From positions 47,444 through 111,443 of the forward strand of contig JAUCBJ010000735.1 of assembly GCA_032718475.1 (NCBI GenBank): 64,000 nt of DNA, in the 5' to 3' direction. Shown piece by piece: positions 47,357-60,744 of this stretch. The stretch is from Nemertoderma westbladi (lineage: Eukaryota; Animalia; Xenacoelomorpha). Within the stretch, counting starts at the first letter, position 1. Every line of letters starts with the position of its first letter. The notes below the pieces were generated by a model. It ran no database searches and was not told the DNA's origin. It saw only the letters and a list, made by a program, of their open reading frames with translations. The position numbers and the translations under genes were made by a program.

Positions 47357-47504
47357 TCGATAGTGGTTACCATGGCAGCCAGGCTAAATAGATGTTCAAA
47401 TTTTTAAAATAATGATTTAAAGCGATAAGATTAACATTATCATTATTTATGTCTTGGGACCAACCCCTACCCCCACTATATGACTTATTCTGCATCCGAA
47501 TTAC

Positions 47505-48010
47505 ATTGTTCTATTTTTCAGTTTCCATGACAACCGCTAAACAGACGCTTTGATAAAAAATCGTTAATTTAGATGTAGACTTCATGATAAAATTTTCTGA
47601 AAATTGGAATGTGTTATCAAGACCACAAGCTGGAAATTTTTGTAAATTTCCAAAATTAAAATTAAATTAAATTTAAAACATTCCAGAATATATAGTTACC
47701 ATTGTAACTGGAGTTTATTAATGCCTATATCATTCAAGTCTATATTTATAACTCTATTTGTAGCAAAACCCCATTAGATATAAACTTGGGGTTTCTACGA
47801 TTTCGGTTGTTCTATTTCTCAGTTTCCATGACAACCACTGCAAACAGACGTTTTTATAGAAAATCGTTAATTTGTACATAAACTTCAGTACACAATAATA
47901 TTTTCTGAAACGCGGAATGTGTCATTTGAACTGAACCACAATCTGAATCGTTTCTTAAAGCTTAAAAAAATCAATTTGAGAAAACTCTAGTTTCTATGGC
48001 AATAGGAGTT
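47505..48010. repeat. ~300-bp-period imperfect duplication with GTTNCCATGRCAAC motifs (likely old non-coding repeat)
   Basis: TTGTTCTATTT.TCAGTTTCCATGACAACC at ~47506 and ~47807. Confidence 0.6.
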
Positions 48011-49176
48011 GAATAAAGGCAAATAGGCCTACCTCTTAACGAAACTACCAACGAACGAAAGAGTAAAAGTGTGTTTAATTTTCCTTAGCTTCGCATTTCC
48101 TTTAGGGAATGCCTTTCTAGTATAATATAATATATATAAATAAATAAATAATATATTATATAATATATTACATTGCGCATTAGGTATATTTTCCCATAAA
48201 TATATAATACCAACCATTTATTTTTAGTATTTAGGCCAAAATTAGCAAGAAGGTTAATTCAGTTAAAATTATTTAGTGTTGATAAGGAAATTATTGCTTA
48301 TTTGATTTGGAATGCAATGCTATTTTGTTTATATGTACTCAAGGCATTCTCAAGAACTACTCCGTAGGTCTAGAACGCCTTGTATGTACTGTAAGTGTGT
48401 GTATTTTGCTGGTTTTAGATAGTTTTTTTTAGATAGTTTTAGATAGTTTTTTATAATTGAGAAAAATCTTTTTAGAACAATATTGGAAGTGTTGCGTTAA
48501 TAGAGAAAATTTTCAGCAAATATTAGCGAATTTTATGTGACTGAGTGGATTATATTTATGATTAAATATAATTTAATATAATATTAATTGGTAAACCGCC
48601 TGACACACGTACCGGTAAGCCTATGGTTGGTGTTGAGAGAGATAAGAAACATTTATTGATAAATAATATATATATATATAATATACAGTAGGCCTAATAT
48701 ATATGTTCGTATTCGAAAAATAAAGTTTTCTAATAATTGGCATTTTTCGGCACCGATATTTAATAGAGAAGTTGTCTGTATGGATTGGATAGGATAGTAT
48801 AGTGCATCTATATACTGTACTTGGGCGAATTTGGGTTTGATTTAATATTGGTGTGTAAGAAATTACAGACAATTTACGTACCCGTGTTTTGCCAATCAAA
48901 TAATTGATAAATCTCCAAATTCTGGGTATATCGAAAGAATGATCAACTGTGAAGAATATACTGTAATGGCCTTCAGGTTACATTAAACGTACAAAAAATC
49001 CATTAAATATGACCTAGAAAGACAACAGGCCTATAACTTCCTCCTGCAATTGGAAAGCAGTGAACAGGATAGAGTATTACTTACAATGCTAATAGATAAC
49101 CAACATTGTGGGAGACGCATTGTATACTATAGTAACCAAACATATAGTAACCATCTCCTCAGCCATGTAAGTTTCA

Positions 49177-49296
49177 GTGGAAATGCACCTACTTTATACG
49201 TGGAAATGCACCTACTTTATACTGTACGTGGAAATGCACCTACTTTATACGTGGAAATGCACCTACTTTATACGTGGAAATGCACCTACTTTATAC
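49177..49296. repeat. 23-bp tandem repeat (GTGGAAATGCACCTACTTTATAC)~5
   Basis: Directly visible. Confidence 0.92.
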
Positions 49297-49539
49297 AGAT
49301 TCCTTCAAAATTACAAATAAAAATAATCATTCATCGCAACTAAACTACATCAGATTAAGAATTTCAGTACAATTTTTGAGTAATCGAATAAGAACAGTAC
49401 TGTACAGAATATCACGCAAACTACAGTATGTACAGTAGGGGTTACAAAAACAGGTCAAAAATTTAGATACTGTTCAATATTATATATTATTTATTATTAC
49501 GCCAAATACTGGCAAATAGGCGATATGGTCATTAACTAA

Positions 49540-49800
49540 AATTAAATCAAATTCAAATTTACAATAAAAAGATATTATTACTTTAATAAATAAATACACT
49601 GTAAAATTATTTGAAGAGTTAGGACCTTGCCCAGGAACACAAAGGTCGGATATTTGCAGGGCATTCGAGCAGATGGTATAATGTGGCCGCCCCCCCGCAC
49701 AGTGAACATCTGTCTTGCGCCTCATGGTAACTCGAGTTAGTGCAAATCTTATAGTGGATGCCGTTAGTGCTGAAGCGGGAGGTACAGTAGGACAAGAAGA
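49540..49800 (-). mobile_element. Possible 3' end of a non-LTR retroelement (C-terminal CCHC finger)
   Basis: CSLCGGAATLYHLLECP, followed by a stop, an AT-rich UTR and a (TTTGAA)-like tail. Confidence 0.4.
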
Positions 49801-52800
49801 CTTCACCCCTCTGGTTTTCAACCATGCTGCGTTCACCCCTCAGGTGGTTCATCCCTCAGGTGTTCACACATCAAGTGTTCACCCCTCTGGTGTTCACCCC
49901 TCTGGTGTTCGCCCGTCTGGTGTTTACCCCTCTGGTTTTCACCCTTTTGTGTTCACCCCTCTGGTTTTCCCCATCTTGTGTTCACCCCTCAGGTGTTCAT
50001 CCCTCTGGTTTCCACCCGTCTGGTGTTCGCCCCTCTGGTGTTCGCCCTTCTGGGGTTTACCCCTCTGGTTGTCACCCCTCTCGTGTTTACCCGTCTGGTT
50101 TCACCCATCTTGTGTTCACCCCTCAGGTGGTTCAGCCTTCAGGTGTTCAACCATCAAGTGTTCACCCCTCTCTGTGGTCCTCTCTGTTGCAACAGCCAAG
50201 TGTGAGATCCAGCTTCACACTACAGCTGAGCAACAGGTATGAGGCTCTTGCCTCTGAGGCGGCAGATCACTGTGAGGGCTATACTGCCTTTACAGAAGCA
50301 GTTAAGTTAGCAGCTGCAGAAACAGTTCCTGTATACCCTCGAAACAGGAAAAGGGCCCCCTGGACTGACAACAAAATTCAGAAGTGCCGAAATGACCTTC
50401 ATAAGGCGCAGAAAGAGTCCCGACTCAAACAGACTACAGCGGCCAAGAATGCAGTTAAAGCTGCATCTAGGTCCCTGAACAGGCAGTACTCTGTTAATCT
50501 ACAGGAGCTAATAAACCAACAGGTTGATGCCATCAATGATGCTGACGACAGCAGGCATTCATCCCAGGCATGGAAATCGATCAATCTGCTTACTGGGCGG
50601 AAAAGCCAACCAACCACCAAGGTTAAGGCTGAATCACCAGCCGATCGCCTCAATGGTTGGAAAGCCCACTTTGAAAAGCTCCTCAATAATGACAGGGTAT
50701 TGCCTGATAACTTTATAGAAGTAAAAGTGTCTGAGTCTGTACTCCCAGATATTCCCATTGGCGATATCTCCTTTGCAGAAGTGAAGGCTGCTGCAAAGAG
50801 CATTAAGACCAATCGTGCCAGTGGAGTAGATGGTGTTCCTCCTGAGGTCTTTAAAATACCTGAGTGTTTAAAGCTCATCTATCCCATCATAGTAGACATG
50901 TACCGTACAACAAGAGTCCCACAAGAAATGAAAACAAATAAGTTGGTGCCAGTTCCCAAGAAGGGCAACCTAACACTCTATGGTTCTTTTCGGGGAATCT
51001 CATTGATCTCGATTGCTGCAAAACTATACAATAGAATTCTATTAAATCGCATCAGGGATCCCATTGAGAGACTGCTACGTGGAAATCAGAATGGGTTCCG
51101 TAAAGGTCGTGGGACCATGGAGCCCATTTTGGCACTTAGAAGGATAATTGAAGAGTTATCAAAAAAGAAAGACAGGCATCTGGCTGTTATCTTTGTTGAC
51201 TTCTTCAAGGCCTTTGATTCAGTCTCTCGCTCACGTATGTTCAGCATACTTTCATTAAATGGGATTCCTGATGAAATTATTGCAGCAATCAGATCAGTAT
51301 ACGATGGTTCGACAACATTTGTGTCTACTGTTGACGGTGACACAGAACCATTTGAAGTGTTATGGGGCGTCCTCCAAGGAGACACACTTGCACCATTCTT
51401 GTTCATTATTGTGGTTGACTATGTTCTACGCATGTCCTTAGATCATCATAATGATGATGGGGTGATGATAACTCCACCTACTGGCTCCAGAAGTCGAGGA
51501 AATCCTGCCAAGTACCTAACTGATCTAGACTTTGCTGATGACTTAGGAGTACTCTCAGAATCATTAGAGGGAGCCCAGCGGCTCCTCAGCTCATTAGAAC
51601 ATGCTGCTTCTAGTGTTGGTCTTTTTATTAACTCCAGAAAGACCAAAATTCTGACAGTTAACTTTGAAAGTCCTCAGCAAGTCTCTGATCGGATGAGCAT
51701 AAGCTCAAAGGATGGTATGCTTGAGCATGTGGACGACTTCTGTTACCTGGGATCATGGATCCGGAAGTCAGGTGAGGACCTTCGAATACGTAAGGGAAAG
51801 GCATGGGCAGCCTTGAATAGGCTTTCCAGGATTTGGAAGTCACCTAGAATTAATCGGAAACTTAAGGTCCGATTATTTAGAGCAGCAGTAGTTCCAGTAC
51901 TCCTCTACGGGAGTCCATGCTGGGCTCTAACTGCTGAGGACACCAAATCTCTGGATGGCACATTCACAAGAATGCTACGCCGGGTACATTGTGTCAAGTA
52001 CAATGCACACATCTCCAACCAGACACTATATAACATTGGAGGTGTCTCATTGGTTCCCCCAAGCTTGACACTAGAACAAAATCGCCTCCGCTTTGCAGGA
52101 CATTGCTTTCGCCGTGAGGACCAGCCAGTGCATAATCTTGTACTTTGGCAGCCTCATGGAGTAAATAAGCATGGTGGACAGCCCATGACTTTCTTGAGAC
52201 GCATCTTAAAGGACACTGGCCTTAAAGATGCGGATGATCTAGCAAATGTCATGGGTGATAGGGAGTTGTGGCGGTGCAATTTTGTTGACAAGCCGGCACA
52301 GCATTCTTAAAAATGCAGCTGCAATGCAGCATGCCGATCCTAGTAGTTCGCCCCTCTGGTGTTCACCCCTTTGGTATTCACACCTCTGGTGTTCACCCCT
52401 CTGGTGTTCGTCCCTCTGGTGTTGGCCCTCTGATGTTCACCCCTATTATGTTCACCCCTCTGGTATTAACCCCCTCTGGTGTTCACCCCTATGGTGTTCA
52501 CTCCTCCTTGTGTTCACACCCCTGAAGTTCACCACTCTGGTGTTCACCCCTCTGGTGTTCACCCCCCTTGTGTTCACCCCTCTGGTATTTCCCCTGTGGT
52601 GTTTACCCAGCTGGTGTTCACTACTCAGGTGTTCACTCGTCTGGTGTTCACCCCTCATATTTTACCCCCTCTGGTTTTCACCCATCAGGTGTTCATCCAT
52701 CTGGTCTTTACCTCTCTGGTGTTCAAACCTCAGGTGACCACCCTTCTGGTGTTCACCCCCCTGATATTCTCCCCTCTGGTGTCCACCCCTGTTGTGTTAC

Positions 52801-52805
52801 CCTTA
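49800..52805. repeat. 15-bp minisatellite (GGTGTTCACCCCTCT)n, split by a LINE into 49800-50172 and 52346-52805
   Basis: Same degenerate unit on both sides of the LINE. Confidence 0.92.
50173..52345 (+). mobile_element. 5'-truncated RTE-like non-LTR retrotransposon (open RT-containing frame to 52310)
   Basis: RGISLISIAAKLY, NQNGFRKGR, FVDFFKAFDSV, GVLQGDTLAPFLF, LDFADD, FCYLGS, VLLYGS. Endonuclease domain absent. Confidence 0.92.
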
Positions 52806-53712
52806 TTTAATCATACCAACTGTAAAACATAACATTTTAGATCTCTTAAACCCGGTAAATCCGTAAGATAAAGTAGTTCTTGCAGAGGGGGGGGGGGGGG
52901 GGGGGGGGTTCTTATTACTATGGCAGAAATTCACGCTCTGAATCCTGCATGTAGTAGGTTGTGCCTGAAATTTGAATTTCTGAATCCGTCTGTCAAGTGA
53001 ATATTGGTAGGCCCTATGGTCTACGACAGAACTGTATGCTACTGGTTGACACCACACTCAATGTCAATTAAAGCTACCATAGCCTTCTGTATGGTAGACT
53101 CACCCCCCCCCCCCCCCCCCAAAAAAAAAACTGAATTGAGCGAAAGCTGTCGACGCAACACAGCAATATAGTATATTATTTATAGTCCTGACCTCCTTCA
53201 TTACAAATTTGTACTGCAGTATAACTCATCCACTAAATAGTGTAGACCTACTGTACTGTATATGTTTATATAAAATTATATTACGCATTTCTCATAAATT
53301 CACAGTTAACATGGAAGGTGATACCGGAAAAGGAGGAGGTTACCAGGAGAAAAAAAGGAGAGATGGACATACCCCGCAGATAAAGTAAAAAATTATATTA
53401 TTGTTATAGATAAAAAATATAGTGTCACTGTAACCTGCTCCTTTCCCATACTGTAGAATTAAAAAATACAATAGAAAAGGTGAAAAAAAAATATACAAAA
53501 CAGGTTTTTATGGCTAACCCCTCCAACCACCACCTAATTTAACTCATAATATTTTTAACATTTTACTCTAAACATCTTGCACCTGGCTTAATGACATACA
53601 GTACAGAATAATGAACTCAAAAGTCCATGAATGAATATTGAATATTAATCAATTTTAAAACTTTTGTTCATACTTTGTTCAAACTTTTGTTTGATTTCTA
53701 TATCTTTTTTAG

Positions 53713-53877
53713 ATTTTATAAGACCTTAGAAGACGTCAAAGATACTTCTACTGTCGTTAATGCTACAAGGGCTATATATTTCCTTATGGCCTCTAAGAAA
53801 TATAAAATGGCTTACAAATGGGCTCATTTACAAGTTTATAATGACATACGAAGAGATAACGCTTACCAGTACTATAT
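53713..53877 (+). CDS. Host gene exon (pre-transmembrane region)
   Basis: Acceptor ctttttTAG, donor AT|GTTAGT. Phase 2 at both ends matches the neighbouring exons. FYKTLEDVKDTSTVVNATRAIYFLMASKKYKMAYKW... Confidence 0.7.
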
Positions 53878-56800
53878 GTTAGTATCTACTCTATCTGTTT
53901 ACAAGTGGATGTAGTTACAGTAGTTCCGATTTAGGCCTATAATGATTTAGCATACAGTGTGCGGTGGGAAGAGTCCGACTTGCGCCGGCGACTGGACGAA
54001 TCGACGAGGATCTTGCGATCTGGGTTTAGCGGCGGTCCGGATACTGGGATCGCCTGGGGGAAATAGTTGAACGTTGGGCAGACGTGTATCGCCCGGATTA
54101 CGTTCTCTGCGACACGAAAGTGTGAGGCGAATTCGTTGTCGAATTCGTTCCGAAGCTGCGGGAATTCTACTGTTCTACGGGAATAAACTGCAGCGGTCTG
54201 GCGGTCCGGTGACTACGGACAGACGAACGGATACTACTGGGATAAGCAGGTATTTCGATCGAGTTTCTCGTATTCTCGATGTATCGCGGCGGATAGAGAG
54301 TTGGTTTTGTTTGTGTTGGAGATACCGTTAGCTGCATAGCTCCGATCTGTTTATAATTATGTTTTTTTGTTATTGTTATTTATTTATTCTCGGAAATTGA
54401 GGAAGTCGACATTGATGAGTTTAATGAAGCGCTTTATATTGGACATAAAATACCAGGTAGTATTCAAAGAGACCACGATGATACTTATTTTATGAATAAT
54501 ATTCATGGTAATTATTGGAGGACTACAGTCGGGGAGGTTTAGTTATTCCTCCTGATTAGCCGATAGTCTTGTATTTTGTGTTACATTTTTATATTTCTTA
54601 TATAACAGGATGTAACGCCCTTGTCATCTTGTGTCAAACTGAATTTACAGCCGATATTTTTCTATTATTAACAACTGGCTGACTGGGCTCAGCGCTCAGC
54701 TACAGCTAAAGTGTCATCTGATTATTTAAGCAAATGTTGTTCAATTCTATCAAATATATTAAATAATTGGTAAAATCCTGAGCTTATGGTAAAAAAGGCC
54801 AAACTTACAATTTCCAAATACATTGTTCATATTATAAATATATTTTTGATATTTGATTTCCATTTGATAACAGCGGATTACTCTCAAATATAAAACTGTA
54901 ACCTGTTTTATTGTGTTTAATTTATTGTTTTGGTTGGTCAGTAATGGTTGACCGATGCGCCTGTAAATAGCCTCTCGTCAACAAGTCAACCCCACCGACT
55001 AGCGGTACTGGCTGTTTTTGCTGACGGGGCTCTGTCGAACAACGCGTCCCTGATAGCAGTAAAGGGGGTCTCTTTATTGAGAGGCAGTATTATTATTGCC
55101 GCGGAACTGCCCCAACTCATCACCTCTCCCACTCTCGCTCTCTGACGAAAATGAACATAAAATCAACATACACCAACCCACTACCCTACCCCACACCGCG
55201 ACACCCACCCACACCTACGATCTGAAAGATTGTACCCAATACAAAAAAAAACAGGATAAGTTGAATCATACAACTAAAGCGGTAAGCTTGCAAGACGAAT
55301 GCATGATTTACTGAGAATATCGGTCATAATCTCACTTCATGGAATACTGTACATATTGTACAAAACTTTTACTAAATTAATTGCAATGCTCACCTATCAT
55401 TTCGCGAGTGTCAATACATACTCTTACATACTCATGCATGTTAAAAATTAAGGTATAATTGGTACTGTACAAATCTGACAAATACTGGGATTGTAATTCA
55501 ACTAGCATGATATAAACTAACGAACAAATTGGCAATTAATATGGCTGATATTTACTTCTTTTTCATGTATATTTTTCAGAAATATTTCAATTGCATTAAT
55601 TTACATATTTCCAGGCCCTTTCATCCCATTTTACCAAATTTTTTACTTTCAGGGATTTTAATTTCCATGCGGTATAGGGTTCCGCAACTTTTAGTGGCAA
55701 CACTAGAGACATCTAACCCAGGGTAGGGTATTCCTTAAATACCCCCTGTAGGTGTTGGGCTGGGCACCTATGGGTAAGATACAGCATAGCGCACTACCCA
55801 ACTAACAAATTTCCAACTAAATCTTCCACTTTTTTTCTCTAAAACGCTCAAACTACCGTCCCAACTTCAGAAAAACAGAATAAAATTGGATTAGTTAGTA
55901 ATAAATACTATTACTATTTAATAAAGGTTCTATACCTATAATGATAACGCACAATATCTCTACTAAATACCCAACAAAACAATCCATCTAAACACTATTC
56001 CCTACCAATTAACAGATTACCAATACATCTCACTATACCACATCAAAAATCAATGTCACACCACCACTGCCTTTTCATTACATTTATAATGATATCAACA
56101 ACCCAAAGATACCCCATTTGCTATCATCTTATTGATAAAGCGCGATTTTATACCTCTGTTATAAGATAGAATTATGGAGTAATTTATACCCCTGTTATAT
56201 TGAATATTCACCAAGAACAAACCAACAACATCTATGGGAAATTTTTTAAAACGAATAAACATGTCAACTGTTGATTTATGACTCCAGCTAATGGACTATA
56301 ATAAACAAACACCAGTGACTCTCGAATTACAGACCTTCCAACCACCACGCAATGCTCCCATTCCTACAATATTAATGAAACACTCATAACCGACCTTAGG
56401 ATTAGCCTCCCTCCATTCCCCACACGGCGGGCAGCATTATTAGTCCTTCAGAATATGAGTCATCAATATCAAATACTGTCAACCCCTACAGGCAACAGAC
56501 CAACTATCCCACTGACTTATACAAAATGAACCAATAATGACGAGAGCAATATATGAGATAGAGGTTACACATTTAACCTGATAACAACCATTACGATCAG
56601 AGAAAACATGCCTCATATTAACAAACATTCCCACTCCCTATCACTATTCTACTACTAACAGTTAAACAAACACCCCCCCCCCCCCCCCCCTATACTACTA
56701 ACTGTTAATAACCCCCACCCCTCACCCTCTATCACTATGTCTACTACTAACCATTAAATACCCCCCTCCCCATCCTCTATCGCACTACGTCTACTACTAC

Positions 56801-58343
56801 AGTACTAACCGCGTTAAACAACCCCCCCCCCCCCCATCTATCACTACATCTACGTATACTTCTACTACTAACCATTAAACACCCCCCCCCCTCACCCCAC
56901 CACTAGGTCTACTACTAACCACTAACGGGTAGTTGTGCGTGGTAGAACCGCCGTGACTCATCCTCAGAGGATGTGGTGATTGGCAGGTTGACGCCTGTAG
57001 CATTATATATATATATATTGTTTTGGTTAAAATATCGTGCCACGGTAACCTGCTCCTTTCCCTAAATTGAGTAATTAACATTGAGGCGGAATATTAATTC
57101 GCCAAGATGGGATTTGCGTCCAGTCCCCCCCCCCCCCCCCCCCTGTATCTTGAAAATTTCACTAGAAAATACAGTAGAATACATAGCATTTTACTGTTAT
57201 AATTACTGTAAATGAAAAATAATGAATTTATTGTTTATTAAACCGTACTAAGCACGTTGAACTGGAGCTTTAACTATTCCCCATAGTGGCAGACTGGAAC
57301 TGTAAAAGTCTGTCTGTGTGTAGGTTTTCTACCAAATTTCAGATGAATCTGATGGTTGGTTGTTGGTTCTATAATTACAGCTATTTTTACGCTTCTGTTA
57401 ATTCGCCCCCTAGCGGCAGACAGGAACTGTAGGAGTCTGCCTGTGTGTAAAATTTCTAAATTTTTTATAGACGACATGGTGTACCAAGTTTGGTTCCATT
57501 TCAACCATGATTGACCGACTTATTAGCGTTCAAACATTCCTGCCACAAACATAGCCAGAGGCAGCCACAAATAAACAAAAGCTGCAGGAACTCGAGCGAT
57601 CATTAATTAATGAATTAATTATTAAATACTGTTTCAATTAAATTATTTACGAAAATCTACTTATCTTCTTTTAAATATGGACCCCGCATTCGTGGAATAT
57701 ATAATATTTGATAATTCAGCACTCAGCCTACGATAATTTTTCAGGCTAGGTCCTTGTCATGGCCTGTTATTTAGATGGCCTTGTCTCAGACAAAGAGATA
57801 AAAGCCCATGGGGTACAACTGGGAATGGGGCACAGGCTAAGGATTTATTCTGGAATATCCAGCTATCAGATAGACTATCGCCAGTCACCCAGTGCATTAA
57901 AAATTAATTATTTTGTTATATTTATTAATTTTTAACTTATTATATTATTATTAATTTATTTATAAAATTAGAACAACACAAAAAATATATCTAATAAACA
58001 TGCCTAACACTACTGTAGTACAGTAGTAGGCCTAGTACTGTAGAGACCTTAGGCCTACTGTGTCAGTGAATTTATATTTCTCGAAGGTTTATTTGAAATT
58101 AAACGGCAATTATTTGAATTATGATTGCCCTTATGTATATTTTTTGTTTATGAATGCTTTCGGACCCTGAAAGAGCGAAATGAGCCCTCTTTCAGTTTAA
58201 ATGGATTGATTTCAAACCTACTGTAACCTTTTCGATTCCGCTTTCGCATAACTTTCTCTAACTTTCTGTAATTGTCCTCTTTCAGAACTACTGTATCTGA
58301 AAGACTGAAAGTTTCTTAAATATATTACAATAATATTTTCCAG

Positions 58344-58497
58344 ATCGACTCTATACTTTGCTATCGCGATACTTTCCATTGTCGTTACTACTGTTTTGAT
58401 TTCCTTTGTAATCCTATCAGCTGTTAAAACCGTGCAATCGATAAAGGTGGTAGCTAGAAGCTTACTGGAAAAGGGAAAACAATTACAGGAGGAGCAG
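58344..58497 (+). CDS. Host gene exon: transmembrane helix plus start of coiled coil
   Basis: Acceptor ttttcCAG, donor CAG|GTA. STLYFAIAILSIVVTTVLISFVILSAVKTVQSIKVVARSLLEKGKQLQEEQ. Confidence 0.85.
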
Positions 58498-59394
58498 GTA
58501 TATCTATTATTGTGTCAATCATTGAATTTAGCGCTGAAAACTGAAATTAAATTTAATTACTTTAGCTTTAGTTTCAGTTTAAACTATTTGTACTGTAAGT
58601 GTTGTATTTATCAAACATTTTTTTTATGTGTGTGTTTATAAAAAAAATAGTGGAGTGTAGCTAATGGCTGAAAGCCATTGGGCGCTAAATTAACTCTCGC
58701 CTGGTAACTACAGTAACTTATTTAGTATCCACTCCTCCGTCAGTATCAGTACTTAAAAAGGGGGGGAGGGGGGGGGGGGGGGGGGGTTCGGGCTTATTAT
58801 ATCTATAATTTATGTCAGGTAATGCGTCATCATAGGTCCTTTGGTCGTTAGGTCCTGTGACATAATGAGCTTCGACACAGCTGATTAGTAGTATAAAATT
58901 AATCTGTAACATGTGCTGTCAAGTCTCGTTTATTGTTTTGGTTAGAATATTACTTTCTAGACTGAACGAAACGATCGTACTGCACATGTATTTAAGATTT
59001 TTTAATTAGGGAAGAATATTAATTGAATTAACTGATTGATTTCAATGTTTTTGTTCAAACATTTAAAGAATTTCACAAGGGGGGTGGGGGGTTGTTATCA
59101 GGAACCTTAAAAAAGCAACCTGTAAATTACTCTCGAGTCACGGATAAACGGGATGGGGGATTTTGAAAACTTAGGCCTACTTACTTAACATACTTATAGG
59201 CGTACAGGTACAGTAGTACCAACGGCTACCGGTGGTATACTCGGTACAAGGTTTTTGCTTTCTTTCACTTTCATCTCTCTATATCTCTGTCGCATCCCTA
59301 CTGTACACATTAACCCTAACCCTACTGTATTCTCAGATTTCCAGATAAATTATATTTTTGATATTAGCTAGATTTTATTTTATATTTTTTACAG

Positions 59395-59600
59395 GAACGA
59401 GCCAATGCATTATTATCCCAGATGTTGCCAACTTCGGTGGCGAGAAAGCTTAAGAATAAAGAGAGAATAGCTCCCGAGCACTTCGAGAGCGTCACCATCT
59501 ACTTCAGTGATATTGTGGGGTTCACTGATATCTCTTCTCAGAGCACCCCAATACAGATTGTAGATCTACTCAATGCTCTATATATGCTTTTCGATAGCAG
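59395..59600 (+). CDS. Host gene exon: guanylate cyclase signalling helix and start of the catalytic domain
   Basis: [56 protein letters not shown]; canonical splice sites. Confidence 0.95.
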
Positions 59601-59614
59601 GTTGGTTTTCTAAT

Positions 59615-60122
59615 TTGGGTAACACGTGCTCATATTTTGGTATAACAGGTGCTCATATTTTGGTAACAATGTGCTCATATTTTGGTAACAGGTGCGCATA
59701 TTTTGGAAACAATGTGCTCATATTTTAGTAACAATGTGCTCATATTTTGGTAACAGGTGCTCATATATTGGTAACCCTGCTCATATTTTGGTAACAGGTG
59801 CTCATATATTGGTAACAGTTGCTCATATTTTGGTAACAGTTGCTCATATTTTGGTAACAGTTGCTCATATTTTGGTAACAGGTGCTCATATATTGGTAAC
59901 CCTGCTCATATTTTGGTAACAGGTGCTCATATATTGGTAACCCTGCTCATATTTTGGTAACAGGTGCTCATATATTGGTAACAGTTGCTCATATTTTGGT
60001 AACAGTTGCTCATATTTTGGTAACAGTTGCTCATATTTTGGTAACAGGTGCTCATATATTGGTAACCCTGCTCATATTTTGGTAACAGGTGCTCATATAT
60101 TGGTAACCCTGCTCATATTTTT
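59615..60122. repeat. 21-bp minisatellite (TGCTCATATTTTGGTAACAGG)~24
   Basis: Directly visible. Confidence 0.95.
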
Positions 60123-60394
60123 GCAGTTCCCTTAAACTTAATATTTTTAATGTTTGGATCTCATGCCTAACATCCTAAAGTATCTGAAATGAGAAATTGG
60201 AAGCAAATTCCGTTATGTGTGAGCTCATACTTGGAAGTTGAAATTGACGTTACATTTTTTAACATTTCCAAAATCTCTGTGCGAAAATACAGTCATTATA
60301 AATAACATTAATCCTAGTCTGTTTGTTTGCCTGTGTGAGTAATGGTTCAATCTCGGTTGTAGTTAAGAAATAAAAATAAATTATTATAAATAGT

Positions 60395-60427
<33 letters not shown>

Positions 60428-60744
60428 TAACAAATATTCTAAAGTTAAGAAATAAATTAATTTTGGTATACTGGAGAGCAATCAACTTCGTTTGAAAAAA
60501 TAACAAAACGCTATTGCGAATTTCGTAATTCCGTAACGAAACATGACATTTTTTAAAATAGCTTTTAAACTAGTCAACATGTGACATTCAAATTTTAAAT
60601 TATCTTCCCCAAACCGGCAATACGCAATTATTTTCCTTTTGTGGCAATGATAATGATGGCTGATATATAAGTCGAGATATTTGCGTTACGGAATTACAAT
60701 TTCTCGTTACTGAATTACAATTTTCCAACACTGCGTGACGTTAA

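Noticed and set aside
49824-50172. N-terminus of the 828-aa ORF as real protein
   Set aside because: It is a translation of the 15-bp minisatellite.
53940-57600. GC-rich patch (53950-54340), AC-rich stretch (55830-56530) and poly-C/CTACTA repeats (56630-56930)
   Set aside because: Probably old repeat remnants. I could not identify termini, TSDs or coding motifs.
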